A DNA stretch of 64,000 nt from Hemiscyllium ocellatum (GCF_020745735.1 NC_083437.1:34782001-34846000), one strand, 5' to 3'; positions 26,340-39,569 are shown, counted from the stretch's first letter. Numbers and translations are program-made. The notes: generated by a model not told the origin, from the letters alone.

Positions 26340-27410
26340 GAGTGAATGGTGCTGAACATTGTGCAATCATCAGAGAACATCTCCACACCTAACCTTATGC
26401 TGAAAGAAGGTCATTGATGAAGCAGTTGACAATGGTTGGACCTAGGACATTTCTCTGGAGAACTGAAGGTGTCCTGGAGCTTAGATAACTGATCTTCAAC
26501 AATTTTGCAGAGTTTTCCCTCTGATTTGAATTGACTCCAATTTTGCTGGGCTCCTTGATGCCACACTCTGTCAAATGTACCCCGGTTTCAAGGGCTCTCA
26601 CTTCAACTTTGGAATTCAGCCCTTTTGTCCATGTTTGAAGCAAGGCCATTAATGAAGTAAGGAGGTGAGTGGCCCAGGTGGACCCCAAGTTAGGCATCAG
26701 GTGATTGTCGCTAAGTAAGTGCTGCTCAACAGTAATATTGGTGACACCTTCCTTAACTTTCCTGATGATTCTGACTAGGCTGTAATTGACCAAGTTGTCC
26801 TTTTTTTTAACATATGGATAATTTTGCGTATTGTCAGGTAGACGTCAGTGTTGCAGCTACAGCTTTGCGAGGGAACACAGTAGTTCTGGAGCACAAGTCT
26901 TCAGCACTATTGCCAGAATGTTGTCAGGGCCCATAGCCTTTACAGTATCTTGTGCCTCTGGTGGCTTTGTAACATCTCGTGGACTGAAACAAATTGGCTG
27001 AAGACTGGTACATGTGATGCTGGGGACCCCTAGATGAGGCCAAGATGGATCTTCCAGTCAGCATTGCTTGTTGAAGATTGTTGTAAATGCTCCAGCCTTG
27101 TCTTTTCCCACTGACATACTGATCTCCCCCACATTGAGGATGGGCATATTAGTGGAGACTCCTCCTGTTTAATTGTCCACCACTGTTCATGATTGGATAT
27201 GACAGGACTGCAGAGCTTCGATCTGGTTTGTTGATCGCTTAGCTCTGTCTGTCAGTTACTGCTTATGCTATTTGGTATGCAAGTAGTCCCGTTTGGTAGC
27301 TTCACCAGGTTGACACTTCATTTTCTCAGTGCTGCTCCTGGCACTCCCTCATACACTCTCCTTTGAACCAGGGGTGATTCCCTGACTTGATGGTAATGAT
27401 TGAATGGGGG
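26340..27410 (-). mobile_element. Second LINE family (L2/CR1-group) RT fragment; its endonuclease region continues at about 28960-29700(-)
   Basis: Minus-strand pieces HLLTSLMALLQTWTK, NVLGPTIVNCFINDL and LQQVVREPTIGKNILDLILT. The two parts are split by the 27415 CR1 insertion. Confidence 0.75.
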
Positions 27411-27414
27411 AATA

Positions 27415-28922
27415 TAGTGTCATTGTCATGCAGCACAGAAACAGATCTTTCAGTCCAACTCATCCAAGCTGACCAGGTTTCCTAAACTAAACTCATCCCA
27501 TTTGTCTGTATTTGACCCATATCTCTCTGAACTTTTTCTGTTCATGTAGCTGTTCAAATGTCTTTTAAATGTCGTAACTGTATCAGCATCTACGACTTCC
27601 TCTAGCAGTTCATTCCAGTTACGAACCACCCTCTGCATGAAAATGTTGCCTCTCAGCTCCCTTTTAACTCCTTCTCATCTCACCTTAAGTCTATGCCCTC
27701 TCGTTTTGAACTCCCCTACTATTGGGAATAGAGCTTTGCTAATCGCCTTGTCTATACCCCTCATGATTTTATAAACCTCTATAAAGTCAACCTTCAACTT
27801 TTGACGTTCGAGGGGAAAAAAATAGTGTGAGAGTGCCCTTCCTCTCCTTATAAATCAAACCTTCCAGTCTCAGTAACATCCTTGTAAATCTTTTCTGAAT
27901 CCTCTCCAATTTAATAAGATCCTTCTGATAGCAGGGTGACCAAAATTGGACGCAGTACTTCAAAATGTAGCCTCACTAACATCCTGTGCAGCCACAACAT
28001 GATATCCTAACTCCTGTACTCAATGCTCTGACCATTGAAGGCAAGCATGCCAAATGCCTTCTTAACCACCGTGTCTACCTGTGATGCCACTTTCAAGAAA
28101 CTATGTACCTGAACTCCCAGGTCACTCTGTTTGCCAACACATCCAAGAGTCCAACCATTGACTGCATAAGTCTTGCCCTCGACTATCTTATCAAAATGTA
28201 GCGCCTTGCTTTTATCTAAATTAAATTCCATCTGCCACTCCTCAGTCAGTTGGCTTGCTGTACTTTTAGATAACCTTCTTCATTGTCCACTATACCACTC
28301 ATTTTGGTGTCATCCGCAAATTTGCTAACCATGTTGCTGATATTCTTATCCAAATCATTTTATATAAATGACAAACAACAGTGAACCCAGCACTGATTCC
28401 AGGTGAACACCGCTGATCACAGGCTTCCAATCCAAAATACAAACCTTGCCTCCACCTTCTATCTCCTACAGTCAAGCCAATTTTGTATGCAGTTGGCCAA
28501 CTCTATCTGGATCCCATGTGATTCAGCTTTACTAACCAGTCTACCATGCTGAACTGTGTCAAAGGCCTTGCTAAAGTCCATGTAGACAGTGTCTACCACT
28601 CTGCTCTTATCAATCTTCTTGGTCACATCCTAAAAAAAAGTAAAAAAAAAACTCAAATCAAGTTAGTGAGACATGATTTTCATGCTGACTATCCCAAATC
28701 AGTCCCTGCCTTTCCAAATGCATGTAATTTCTGTCTCTCAAAATCTCCTCCAACAACTTACCACCATGATGACAGACTCACCATCTATAGTTCCCTGATG
28801 TTGCCTTGCAGCATTTCTTAAATAAAGGTACAACATTAGCCACCCTCCAGTCCTCCAACACCTTACCTGTGGCTGAAGAGGATGCAAATGTATCTCTGCC
28901 ATACACCCCGCAATTTCTTCCC
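27415..28922 (-). mobile_element. CR1/HER1-like LINE fragment (RT C-terminus plus 3' UTR), degenerate
   Basis: Minus-strand ORF pieces MEFNLDKSKALHF...DLGVQVHSFLKVASQVDTVVKKAFGML and QRVVRNWNELLEEVVDA. Confidence 0.9.
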
Positions 28923-29849
28923 TAGCTTTTCACAATGTCCTGAGCTAATATTGATATACTAGACCATAATCTTACAGATGGTGGTGAAGTACAGTTTTGT
29001 TGATGGCCCTTTATTGTTTGAAATCTGTCCCACTTAGCAGGCTGATAGTGCCATACAACACAATTCTCAGTGTGAAGACGGGACTTTGTCTCCATAAGTT
29101 CCGTATGGTGGTCACTCTTCATGGGTAGATGCATCTGCAGCAGGTACAGTGGTGAGGATGAGATCAAGTATATTTTTCCCTATTGTTGGTTCCCTCACCA
29201 CCTGCTGCAGACTCGGTCTAGCAGCCATATCCTTGAGGACCCGACCAGCTCGATCAGTGCTGCTGCTGACAACAAATGGTGATGGACACTCACAGTACGT
29301 TCTATGTCCTTCTGTGTTCAACACAGATGAGTACTGATTCATTGGCCAAGGGGATGGGGGTATTATGTTTGAACAGGAGGAGTTTTCCTTCCCTATGTTT
29401 GATCTGATGTGAGATTTCATGTGGTCCAGAGTCACTGTTGAGAACTCCCAGGGCAACCTCCTCCCAAATGTACACCTTCCAGCTGTCCTGGTGGAAAAGG
29501 AGATAACCAGAATGTTGAGGGCATTGTCTGGGACATTGTGTGTAAGGTGTGATTCCATGAGTACATCAATGTCAGGCAGTCACTTGACTGGTCTGTGAGA
29601 CAGCTCTTCTAGTTTGGCACAAGCCCCAGATGTAGATGAACAGACTTTGTGGGGTCAACAGGACTGAGTTTGCTGTTGTCTTTTCCAGTGTCTTAGTCAA
29701 TGCCAAGTTATTGTTAAGTTTCATTCTTTTTTAAATACTTCAATCACATCACCCTCATTCTTCTAAATCTCAGTGAAAACAAGTCCAGTGTAACTAACCT
29801 TTCCTCAAAGGGAGGCAATGGCCTTTGGTATTATCATTAGACTATTAAT

Positions 29850-30061
29850 GAGAATCGGTTTAGCTCAGGTGGCCGGATTGCTGGTTTACAGACCAGTGTG
29901 ATGCCAACAGTGTAAGTTCAACTTTCATCACTAGTTTGAGTTACTATGAAGGACTCTCCTTCTCAACGTCTTCCCTTGCCTGAGAGCTGGTGGCCCTCAG
30001 GTTAACTCACCACCAGTTGCTTCTCTTTAATGAGAGAGCAGACTATGGTGACACAACAACA
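29850..30061 (+). mobile_element. Third SINE family ('SINE-C') nested in SINE-B; second copy at about 56640-56845
   Basis: tttagctcag head, cctcaggttaactcaccaccag core and (CAA)n tail. Direct repeat actattaat at 29841 and 30062. Confidence 0.7.
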
Positions 30062-30907
30062 ACTATTAATCCAGAGAACCCTGGTAATATTTTGGGGACA
30101 GAGGTTTGAATCCATGGCAGAATTTGAATTCAGTAGAAATAAGTCTGAAATTAAGAACCTAATGATGACCATGAAACCATTGTCAATTGTTGGAAAACCC
30201 TTTCGCTTCACTAATGTCCTTTTAAGGAGCTGCCTGGTCTGGCCTACATGTGACTCAAGACCCACAGCAATATGGTTGACTATTAACAATTGGGGATGGA
30301 TATGAAATGCTGGCCCAGCCAGTGATACACACATCCCTTGAATGAACAATAAAAAAAATCATCAATCTAGTAAACCTACTCTGAACTGCCTCTAATATAA
30401 TTAGATTTAAGAACAAAGGGTAATTGATTTAGGACTGAGAGGAGGAGAAATCGCTCTACTCAGAGTGATGAGTCTGTGCTATTCAGTGTCGCAAAACGTG
30501 GTTGAGGTCAAAATAATGATGATTTCAAGAAGGAGTTAGATATTGTTCATGGGGTGAAAGGGATCAAAGGATGTAAGGAGAAAGTGGGAACAGGTGGCTG
30601 AGTCGAATGATCAGCCATGATCATGTTGATTGGTGGAGTAGTCTCAAAGAGCTAAGTGACCTACTCTTCCTCCTATTTGCTGTCTTTTTCCGGTGAAATA
30701 GTGCCCCACTATAGTGACTATCTCCTGCTTTGGGAGATTACAATTTGTGATCACTACTTTTTATAAATGGATTAAATCTTGGAGTCTGGAATCGTCCATG
30801 ACAATAGTAATGGGTCTAAAGTACAAATTGTTACATATGTCAATGGTAACCTGTATTTTTAATCACCAATTGCCAATTATTTTCACTAGGGCTCTCTTGT
30901 ATCTCAG

Positions 30908-31154
30908 GAGGGACTGAGGAATGGAAGTGTACCAGGAAAGCAAACCACCAATGACATACCTGCTCCTCCACCTCCTCCCCCACTCCCTGAAACTGGGTCA
31001 GTCCTTGCTCCTCCGCCTCCCCCTCCTTTGCCATCCACAGGGACACCACCCCCACCTCCTTTGCCATCCACAGGAACACCACCCCCACCTCCACCCCCAC
31101 CTCCACCCTCACAGCCCAGCAACCAACAGCGACGACCTTCATCATCTGCGGCAA
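30908..31154 (+). CDS. espn: Espin proline-rich exon (EGLRNGSVPGK...PPPPPPLP...QQRRPSSSAA), phase 0-1, 247 nt
   Basis: tctcttgtatctcAG acceptor ending at 30907 and A|GTAAGT donor at 31155. Open frame of 82 codons plus 1 nt. It ends like mammalian QRRSSSSTG and joins 52961 in frame (A|GT = Ser). Confidence 0.92.
31022..31093 (+). repeat. 33-bp in-frame tandem duplication inside the proline-rich exon
   Basis: cctcctttgccatccacagg(g/a)acaccacccccacctcc starts at both 31022 and 31055. Confidence 0.85.
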
Positions 31155-34100
31155 GTAAGTATTCAAATTTATTATGGTTTCTCAAATTCCTTTAACCATT
31201 TTACACAGATTTTTGTGAAAGAAATGGCTGGGGGAAGGGAAATAATCTAATAGTGGTTTTTAAAACTATGAAGGGTTTTGAAAGGGTGGAATTAAAGAAG
31301 ATATTTCCAGAACTGCAGGAGTCCGCAGCCAAGGGGTTGTAAAAAATAAGATAGTCACTAATTGATGCATTTAAAAGAATCAGAAGACACTGCCTTACTT
31401 AGAGATTGATTTAGAATGGGATACTTACTACCAAATGGAGCAGTTGAAATATGATGTGGATTCTTTATGAGGGAAGCCATTAATTGACCATTGAGGGCCT
31501 TCAGTTGAGAAAAAGTTGATAATGGCCCTTTCTACCCAGACTTTGCTTGATGGAGATGGGAGGGGATTGGTATCTGACACAAAGACCACCCACCTCAATT
31601 TCCAAACCTTCCCACTCATTCTGTGGCTCCTGCGAGCCTAGAAAATTCTACCCTTGGTATTGATTTGTGCCTGGTTTTGAAATGAGTGGAGTTAAGCATG
31701 CTAACTGCTTGTAAATTGGATTGTTTAAAGGAAAAAAAGTGTAAAGATTCGCTTAGCAGCCAGTTTTACTGGTGAAGATTTAACTTAATTTGAAGGAAAG
31801 ATAAAACTCAGACCTATTATTTGGATATAAACAGAAATTAGGCAGCACAAGTGAAATTTTCCTCTTAAGTGTTTAAGCTGAGTAGATCTCATTAGGATTC
31901 CATGTTTTCTTGTGTCTGGGTTATCTGTCTTACCACCACTAGAAACTTGGAAAGAATTTTTTGATCAATACTTGCTTCAGGTAATCCTTTTTGATATTCT
32001 TATTTTATTCTGAAGAGACCACTTGCTGTTCTGATTATGGTCAATAATATTGTATTTAAAAAGTATATAATCCATAAATATTCCTGAAGAACATGTTCAT
32101 AAGGCAGCATTCCACTTCCCTGTTTCTAAGAGCAGATTCAAATGGCTTTTACTTTTGATCCAGAAACTTGTAGGTTCAAGGGCCATTTCAAAGTCTGGCT
32201 TGATTCCAGCATTATTGAGAGAATGGGGATTGTTGGCTTTGTGATCTTCTAGCTGAGGTATGCCCTACACTGTGGACCTTAACATTTTTCTTCGGGCTGT
32301 TTCAAAGAAGAGGAGGAAATTCCCTCTGGGCTCCTGAGGAATATTTATCCCTCAACTGACACCACTTAGAAAAAAGAAAATACATTGTTATCACATTGTG
32401 ATTATGGAATTTGCAATGTGCAAATTTGTTTTGCTGGATTTTATACATTGCAACTATGATAACACAATACTTAATTCCCTGTAAAGAGCTTTGGGATGCC
32501 GTGAAGTTGTGGAAGACGCTTTAGATAAATGTAAGTGGAATCTTTGTGTGGAGACTCTCAAGTTAGAGCAGTATGAAGGTCACACCTTGCCCGTAACACT
32601 GAAGAAGGCCAAGTGCCATCAATCTAGTGCTGAGCTTTGGGAAGAATAGATTCCTTCAACAGTGCATGATAATGCCAAACTCATCTACTTATGTCTGCTA
32701 ACTGGGGTAAAGTCTAAATATTGGGTGTCCATATCAGTGATAAGACACTGGTGTTCTGAGGAACCTGAGGTGCACAGCCTGTAACTGTCAGATGTACACT
32801 GCTGACACAGATTTAGAAAATTCACCCTTTTCTCAACATTTTGGTTGCATCAGAGTTAAAGAGTTGATCCAGAAGCCAATCCACGTTGATCTTTGCAACA
32901 TTCAGAGAACAAATCATGAAGCCATTATCTAACATTCAAACCTGTAGCTGCATTACTGAAACTATTCTTGGAGATTTGTTTGTTAAAATCGGAGTTCAAG
33001 ATGGAGGCGGGTTCAAGCTAAGACTGCTGACTTGTTCAATTCTGGCTATTCTGATATGGCAACACTGATTCATAATAGATGCATGGCCTTCATCACAATG
33101 CATGGGGTAATTTGAGAGATGAAGCAAGTATCATTGTCATTGTGTGGGATAAAGGAGATAATGCCACCACAAGGTTGAAGAGCCCACTTTACGATCAATT
33201 CAGGCAGCTGGTGGGGCTGCAAACTATCAATACGGTCTCTGAAAATTATACCTCTAAATAATTGTGTGACCTTGGTGGGTCAGCATGAAGTGAAAATGCA
33301 AGCTAATGCAACATGTTGGGAACAGGATTGTCAAGCTGCAGAAAGCAAGTAAACAAAAACTCATCGTGCCCTTTTCATTTGTTAATGAGTCACTATCAGC
33401 CTTTAATATGTTCTTATATTAGGAAAGTAAATATTTCCCTTTGCGTATTGAATATCACTTTAGAATGGTATGCTATTGCTTTATGATGTGAGTACACAAG
33501 ATCTTATCTGACATCCCATAACAATGGTTGATAAGCAATTTTATAAAAGCTGAATTTGTGATTCACAGAAAAGCTTTTCATAGATGTTTCCTCCATTTAG
33601 TCTGCTCTTGCTACCAAACAAAAAGTTATTCTGTTAACACAGAAGTGAAAATAAACCCAAATTTGCTGATGCGTATAAACACAACAGCATATAACCTGAA
33701 GCAACAGACTGACTGGACAGGTCTCTGATGCAAATATATCCTGACACTGAAAATGTGTTTTTTTACCAAGGTTTTTCAGAGTGATTTCTGAGATTTATCA
33801 GATTTGTGCACTCAGTAGTGCATAATGTTGTGGTTCCATGGAAAACAAAAATCTTCTGAACAATAAATAAAGAGGAGAACTCATTCTGTGGTAATACTGA
33901 ACCAAGTCAGTTGTGTCGGAGGGGACTATCTTGTGAGAACATGTTTGAATATACTTGAATATACTTAAAGAAATGGTACATGCTGCTGCTTTCTGTGTCT
34001 GAACATTGTCATCTGGATGTTGGGTGATTATAGTGTGCATCTGCAATCGCAACTGGAAAAAACTTCCTTTTTCTTTGTTTTCAATTCTGTTATTGCATGG

Positions 34101-34391
34101 CAGGTTGAACTCCTTGTGTGTGGTGGGAGCTGTCTTATTAGTAGCATTTCACTGACAAAGCATGTGGCAGGTACTTCGCTGTGTGTTCTCTTGCAGTGAT
34201 GCTGTACACAATGCATTTCCAAAGGGGGACCCAATCGCTGTTGTGGGAGGGAGGAGAGTGGAGGGGGGTTGAAGAGTGGGAGGTGGGTCAGACCTAGCTG
34301 AGAGCCTTGTCAACTACAATCGACCAGTTGTATTATTGCTAGACTATTGATCCAGAGAAATCTTAGCCTGCTTGGCACACCCTCCTCATTC

Positions 34392-34422
34392 CTGAAGAAG
34401 GGCATATGCCCGAAACGTCGAT
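34392..34422 (+). ncRNA. Minimal hammerhead ribozyme motif with intact core (PLE type)
   Basis: CTGAAGA-A-GGGCA-TA-TGCCC-GAAA-CGTC, predicted cleavage 3' of C34419. It lies within a 125-bp insert (34357-34481) flanked by the 13-bp TSD ctattgatccaga. Confidence 0.72.
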
Positions 34423-36026
34423 TCTCCTGCTCCTTTGATGCTGCCTGACTTGCTGCGCTTTTCCAGCAACACATTTTTCAGCTATTGATCCAGATACCCA
34501 GGTAACATTCTCAGGACCTGGTTTTGAATCCAACCATGGTGGATGGTGGAAATTGAATTCAATAAATATAAATCTGGAATTAAGAATTTAATGATGAGCA
34601 TGAAACCATTGATGGTTGTCAGGAAAAGCCTATCTGGTTCACTAATGTCCTTTAAGGAAGGAAACTGCTGTCCTTACTTGGTCTAGTCTGCAGGCCCACA
34701 ACAATGTGGTTGGCTCGCAACAGTCCTCTGGGCAATTAGGGATGGGCAATGAATGCTGGCCTAGCCAGTGACACCCACATCCTGTAAATGAATCAATTAA
34801 AGAAGCTGGACAATGCTGACCGATGTCCTAACCTTAACGCCTCAATGTTACATCGTTACAATGGATGTTGAAGATCTGTACAGAAATATAGCATTATTTT
34901 TAGAATCTTGGAGACCTTGAGACAGTGTGACCAATCATCCTGGATTTTCCAGAACTTGTAATTTAACTTGGCCTTTTGCCCCAGATCCCAGATCAGTCCT
35001 TGCCAGGATACATTTCTCTGAGATTCCAGGTCAGCCTGTGGGTGATTGGGAAGGATTCAAACTGGCAGAAGGCAGCATTAGAATAGACGTGAGTTGTAAG
35101 GTTTTGCCCTGATCTTAGTGTTCGGCCCCCAAACCTGTTGCCTATCCCCTCACTGCGACATGTTTGTCAGTTTGCCCTCACACTGGTGAACTAGAGCGTT
35201 TCTTTTTAACAATCAGCAACATTAGATTGTTAATTTCAGATTTTTAAAAAATCAAATTTAACCATCTGCCATGGTGGGATTTGAACCCAAGCCCCCAGAA
35301 CATAACCAGAGTTTGTGGATTAATAGCCCAGTGGTAGTATGACTGGGCCATCACTCTCTCCCTTAGATATACAGTCTGGGTGGGACTTAGCATAACCTGG
35401 AATATAAGAGGGGCTACAGCAGTTGATTGGATTGGCTTGGAATATGGGGTTGAGGGCTAAGGGTCCTTATTGTTTTGTTGTAATTGGGACAAAGGTCCAC
35501 AGCAGACTTTAAAAAAAGCCAGCATCTGGCAGTCCCTGTAGTTGTTTCTAAATTCTGCCTCAGCTTAACTCATACCTCACACTCCCCTTCACCAGCATGA
35601 AATCTCACCTGAGAATCACTGATGCAAGAGCTGTGAGGTGGGATATTTCCCCAATACCACCTCAAAGATTAAAATCAAACCCATAGAAACAGACAGATGT
35701 TCAAAATATCTTTAATAAATTTCCCCAAACTGAAAGGTCTGAATGATGCAATAATTCCGTTCCAACACTTGGTCTTAGGCAAAAAGACTTTGAATTCAGT
35801 AATAAATATTATGTCCACATCCTAGGCATGACTTTGGATAGGTATTTTGCCCCAGTCTGTGGAAACTTATTCATGAAAGATTGGACAGAGAGTTTACTCA
35901 ACAATTGTCTCAGGCTTCCATGTGTTGCTTTGGCTATTTGGATGTCTGAGGTATTTGGATGCACACAGAAACAGAAGTAGAAGAATAACTGATGCCTGTG
36001 TGCACACAGGCTGGTGTGGAAGTATA

Positions 36027-36167
36027 GGAGAAAGTGAGGACTGCAGATGCTGGAGATTAGAGTCGAGAATGTGGTTCTGAAAAAATACAGGTCAGGTAGC
36101 ACCCACAGAGCAGGAAAATCGACATTTCGGGCAAAAGCCCTTCATCAGAAAAAAATTGGAAGTGTAA
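36027..36167 (-). mobile_element. Short Penelope-derived element with hammerhead core
   Basis: Minus strand reads CTGATGA-A-GGGCTTTTGCCC-GAAA-TGTC (36148-36121). 13-bp TSD gtgtggaagtata at 36014 and 36168. Confidence 0.8.
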
Positions 36168-38125
36168 GTGTGGAAGTATAATATGTGCAGCTGAATAGTA
36201 GATTGGTAATCTTGCGTTGATGAACAAAACACATTATTGTTTGTACCTCAAATTGTGAAAGAATTATCAAACTCCCACTAGGTTAATTAGCAATTGATCC
36301 ATTGTATGTTTTCTCTTGATGCACTATCAATTAATTTGAGAGTTGCTGAAAAAAGAGACATGCCATTGAAACCTTTCATCTTGCTCTGATCAAGGCAGGA
36401 GTACAAGAATACCAAATCTCAAAGGAAATAAAAATTTAGACTGAATGAAACAAGGTGCCCTTCACGCTATTTGTAATGTCGTTGCAATGCTATGGAAAAT
36501 CAGTAAAATGACATTATTATTTATAAATAGAACCATGAAATGACTTTTACTTATTTTAACCTTATGTCTGAGGGCCTTTCAAAAACAGCTTTATTTTCTT
36601 TGTGGCTTTGATTTTATTCCCTATGCAATACCGTGGGCAATAAACCAGATCTCCACTAGCACCACACTAAACTGTACCTAAAGAATTCAAATGTGAAACC
36701 CAGGGCAACTCTCCATTACATTCTGTGTTCCTCACTATATCTGGTTCAGCTCCACCACTCTGCCATGATAACCTAATTGAAGTAAGTTGATCATTCAAGG
36801 TGACCATCTTGAATAGGTGCCTGTAGACCAGTTTGAATGACCCACCTTCTGTTAACTACTGTTATTTATGCAAAGTCACTTACACATAACATTATAATAA
36901 TGCGTGTTGCTAAACAGTAGTGAGAGGCCAGGACTGGATACGTAAGGAAAAGATAGCCCTAATAAATTTTGAGGGTGTATATTAAACTCAGATCCCAACA
37001 CTGCACAGCATGATGTTTTAAGCCAACATTGTGCAAAGTGATAATAAACCTTTGAAATAATGTTTGACAAGTTTGAACATTGGAAAAATTGAATCGTTAA
37101 AATATACTTAATTTAATCTTGAAACAATTGTGGGATTGAGAATAGTACTTACATTTATTTACTGATATAACAATAGTAAAGAGAGCTCATAGTTTTTGAT
37201 TAATTACTTTCCAGTACTTCTGAATAATATGATAAAGTTCTATCAAAATACATTTTGTTTCTTTCCTTTGATCCCTTTCTTTATTTTTGAAAGAATATCT
37301 TCAGCTGAAAAGAATATCAATTGGAAAACCAATAAATAATTTATTACGATAATAAGGTTGCAAAAATGATGTTCAAGAAATCAAGGCAACATTAGGTTCA
37401 TAGAGGTATACAGCATGGAAAAAGGCCCTTTGGTCTGACACGACCAGGTCAGACCATTGAGTACAAGCATTGGGACATCATTTTACAGTTGTACAAGACA
37501 TTAATGAAGCGATATTTTCTTGTCAGGAAGGGTATTTCAGCTAATCTCGGTTGTGCCTTATGATATATCAGTGAACACAGAAGTATCGCAACCCTGAGGC
37601 TTTCCCAATTTTCACCTCAAGGTTACTACAACTGATTGTGTTGCCGCTGTTTACTCAGCAGTGGGTGAATTTAACAGACCACAAGGCCCTATTTGAAGTA
37701 CAGGAAGGAAACCATTCAGGATTTAAGTATTTCCCTTAACTTTAATTTCTAAGTCTGATCATTGCAGTATATGGCAGTTTGACATGCACAAGTTGGCTGT
37801 CACATTTCGTTCAACTCAAAATCATTTAATAGGTCATAATGTGGTGTGGAACATTTGAAGGTTATGAAAGATGCTATTTAGATTCATATTCTTTCTTCTA
37901 ACATCAAGGCCAATTCATCAAGGGCGTAATAGGCCCAAGTGCGACTTCAGCTCCTGTCAATTGTGGTTTTGCAACAGGAGTTCACTGAGCTTATAATGTA
38001 TAATTCACAGTGTTTTACCAAGATGTAAAATGCTATTCTGTCAGAAGTGAAGAACGGCTCTTGTCAGAACAAACTGTACTGTGATTTTTAAAATGGAAGC
38101 AAACGCTGGACGTCTGTAATAAACA

Positions 38126-38432
38126 GCACGGTGGCACAGTGGTTAGCACTGCTGCCTCACAGCGCTAGAGACCCGGGTTCAATTCCCGACTCAGGCGACT
38201 GACTGTGTGGAGTTTGCACGTTCTCCCCGTGTCTGCGTGGGTTTCCTCCGGGTGCTCCGGTTTCCTCCCACACTCCAAAGATGTGCGGGTCAGGTGAATT
38301 GGCCATGCTAAATTGCCCGTAGTGTTAGGTAAGGGATAAATGTAGGGGTATGGGTGGGTTTCGCTTCGGCGGGTCGGTGTGGACTTGTTGGGCCGAAGGG
38401 CCTGTTTCCACACTGTAAGTAATCTAATCTAA
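38126..38432 (+). mobile_element. Young HE1-like V-SINE (tRNA head, V-domain, CR1-type tail)
   Basis: A-box tggcacagtggttag and B-box gggttcaattccc. V-domain gtgtggagtttgcacgttctccccgtgtctgcgtgggtttcctccgggtgctccggtttcctccca. (TCTAA)n tail. Confidence 0.9.
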
Positions 38433-39283
38433 GAAAATGCAGGACACACACAGCATGTGCGTCTGCAATGTGCAAGGCAAAGATGCGTTAATATTGCAGG
38501 TGTGTTCTGTTGTGTTAATATTGCATGAAACATTTGCTTGCATTTACTGCTGTATTAAAGACATCTCATTGTATACAATTAATTTGGACTTTATAACAAA
38601 GGTTATTTTCAAGCTCATTCTCAACTTCTGGACAATGCTAGCAAGGCCAACATTAGTTGTCCATCCTTTGTTTCTCAGGAGAGTTGGTCAGTTGAGGTGG
38701 GTGGTTGGCTTTCTTTCAAAATCATTCAAACCTATTTTGAAATGATTGGGTGAGGCGCCAGTCCACTTCAGAGGCACTTAAGAGATACCCATGTCATGTT
38801 GTGTTTATAATCATACAAAGGCAACAAACCTCTTCCGGTAAAGGACATGAGTAAACCAACCAAGCCTTTACATGTGCAGCCCATTAAGCAACAGCTGCTT
38901 TGAGCGCGTTGTGCAAGATTGTCCAGCTTTCAGTCCAGTCAGTCTTTAATTAAGAAAATACATGCTGGCCAGAGCAGAATTGGAACATTGCAGACACTGG
39001 GACAGACCCTATGAGATTAGCTCTGGAACCACAGCCCGTGACTGGTCGAATCGATATCAGTTAACGGAGTGGAAACATTGAGCGTTGAATTTCCATGGCA
39101 ACAGTGGCAAATTGTCACAGCAGGTTAGGATAAGGTGGAATTGCAAAGTTACATGAAGGTTGCTTTCTGGCTAAATAGTTTGAAGCCTAAAATGCTATTT
39201 AATTAACAGCCTCCCCTTCTTTTCAGAATTTCCAGAATCATTTTGATAATTGTTATTACGGTCTTTTTGTGTCTTTGATCTGG

Positions 39284-39542
39284 CTAACAGCCTTTCTTTT
39301 TTTTCTCTTTCTGCTGTCTCTTTTGTGTCTCTCTGTTGTTGTTCCATTCCTCCTGCCTGATCTCCCTATACTGTACTGACAAACAATGCTCCCCTGTGTC
39401 ATTATTGCTTGGATCACGGTATCTCATACCTTCTTGTCACGTGATTTCCGATTGCGTAACATTTCTGTCAATGGTCGGTGCGCACGGGACTGGCAAATCC
39501 CTTGCCATGCCTACTTCTCTCTTAATGTACCTCTCCATCCAG
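39284..39542 (+). promoter_or_regulatory. Extended 3' splice-site region: branch-point candidates, long polypyrimidine tract and AG exclusion zone
   Basis: CTAAC at 39284-39288 is followed by about 80 nt of pyrimidine-rich sequence. TACTGAC lies at 39374-39380 and CTTAAT at 39521-39526. There is no AG dinucleotide from 39291 to 39540. Confidence 0.75.
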
Positions 39543-39569
39543 GAGGCAAAGGACTGAAGCTAATTAAGG
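39543..39569 (+). CDS. espn: Probable 27-nt alternatively spliced espin microexon, phase 1-1, adding R-G-K-G-L-K-L-I-K
   Basis: ctctccatccAG acceptor at 39541-39542 is the first AG after 250 AG-free nt. The donor is a strong AAGG|GTAAGT at 39570. The exon is frame-preserving and stop-free between the proline-rich and WH2 exons, matching the length and position of the mammalian basic KVRVLRHRK exon. Confidence 0.75.

Noticed and set aside
30840-31250. Gly-rich and Val-rich minus-strand ORFs and a His/Leu-rich + ORF
   Set aside because: These are shadow frames of the proline-rich espin exon.
36917-36940. Possible 24-nt phase 1-1 microexon (aacAG...ac|GTAAGG)
   Set aside because: No polypyrimidine tract and no peptide similarity; far weaker than the 39543 candidate.
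38126-38195. tRNA-like A and B boxes here and in similar copies
   Set aside because: They continue directly into the V-domain and LINE-derived tail, so they are SINE heads, not tRNA genes.
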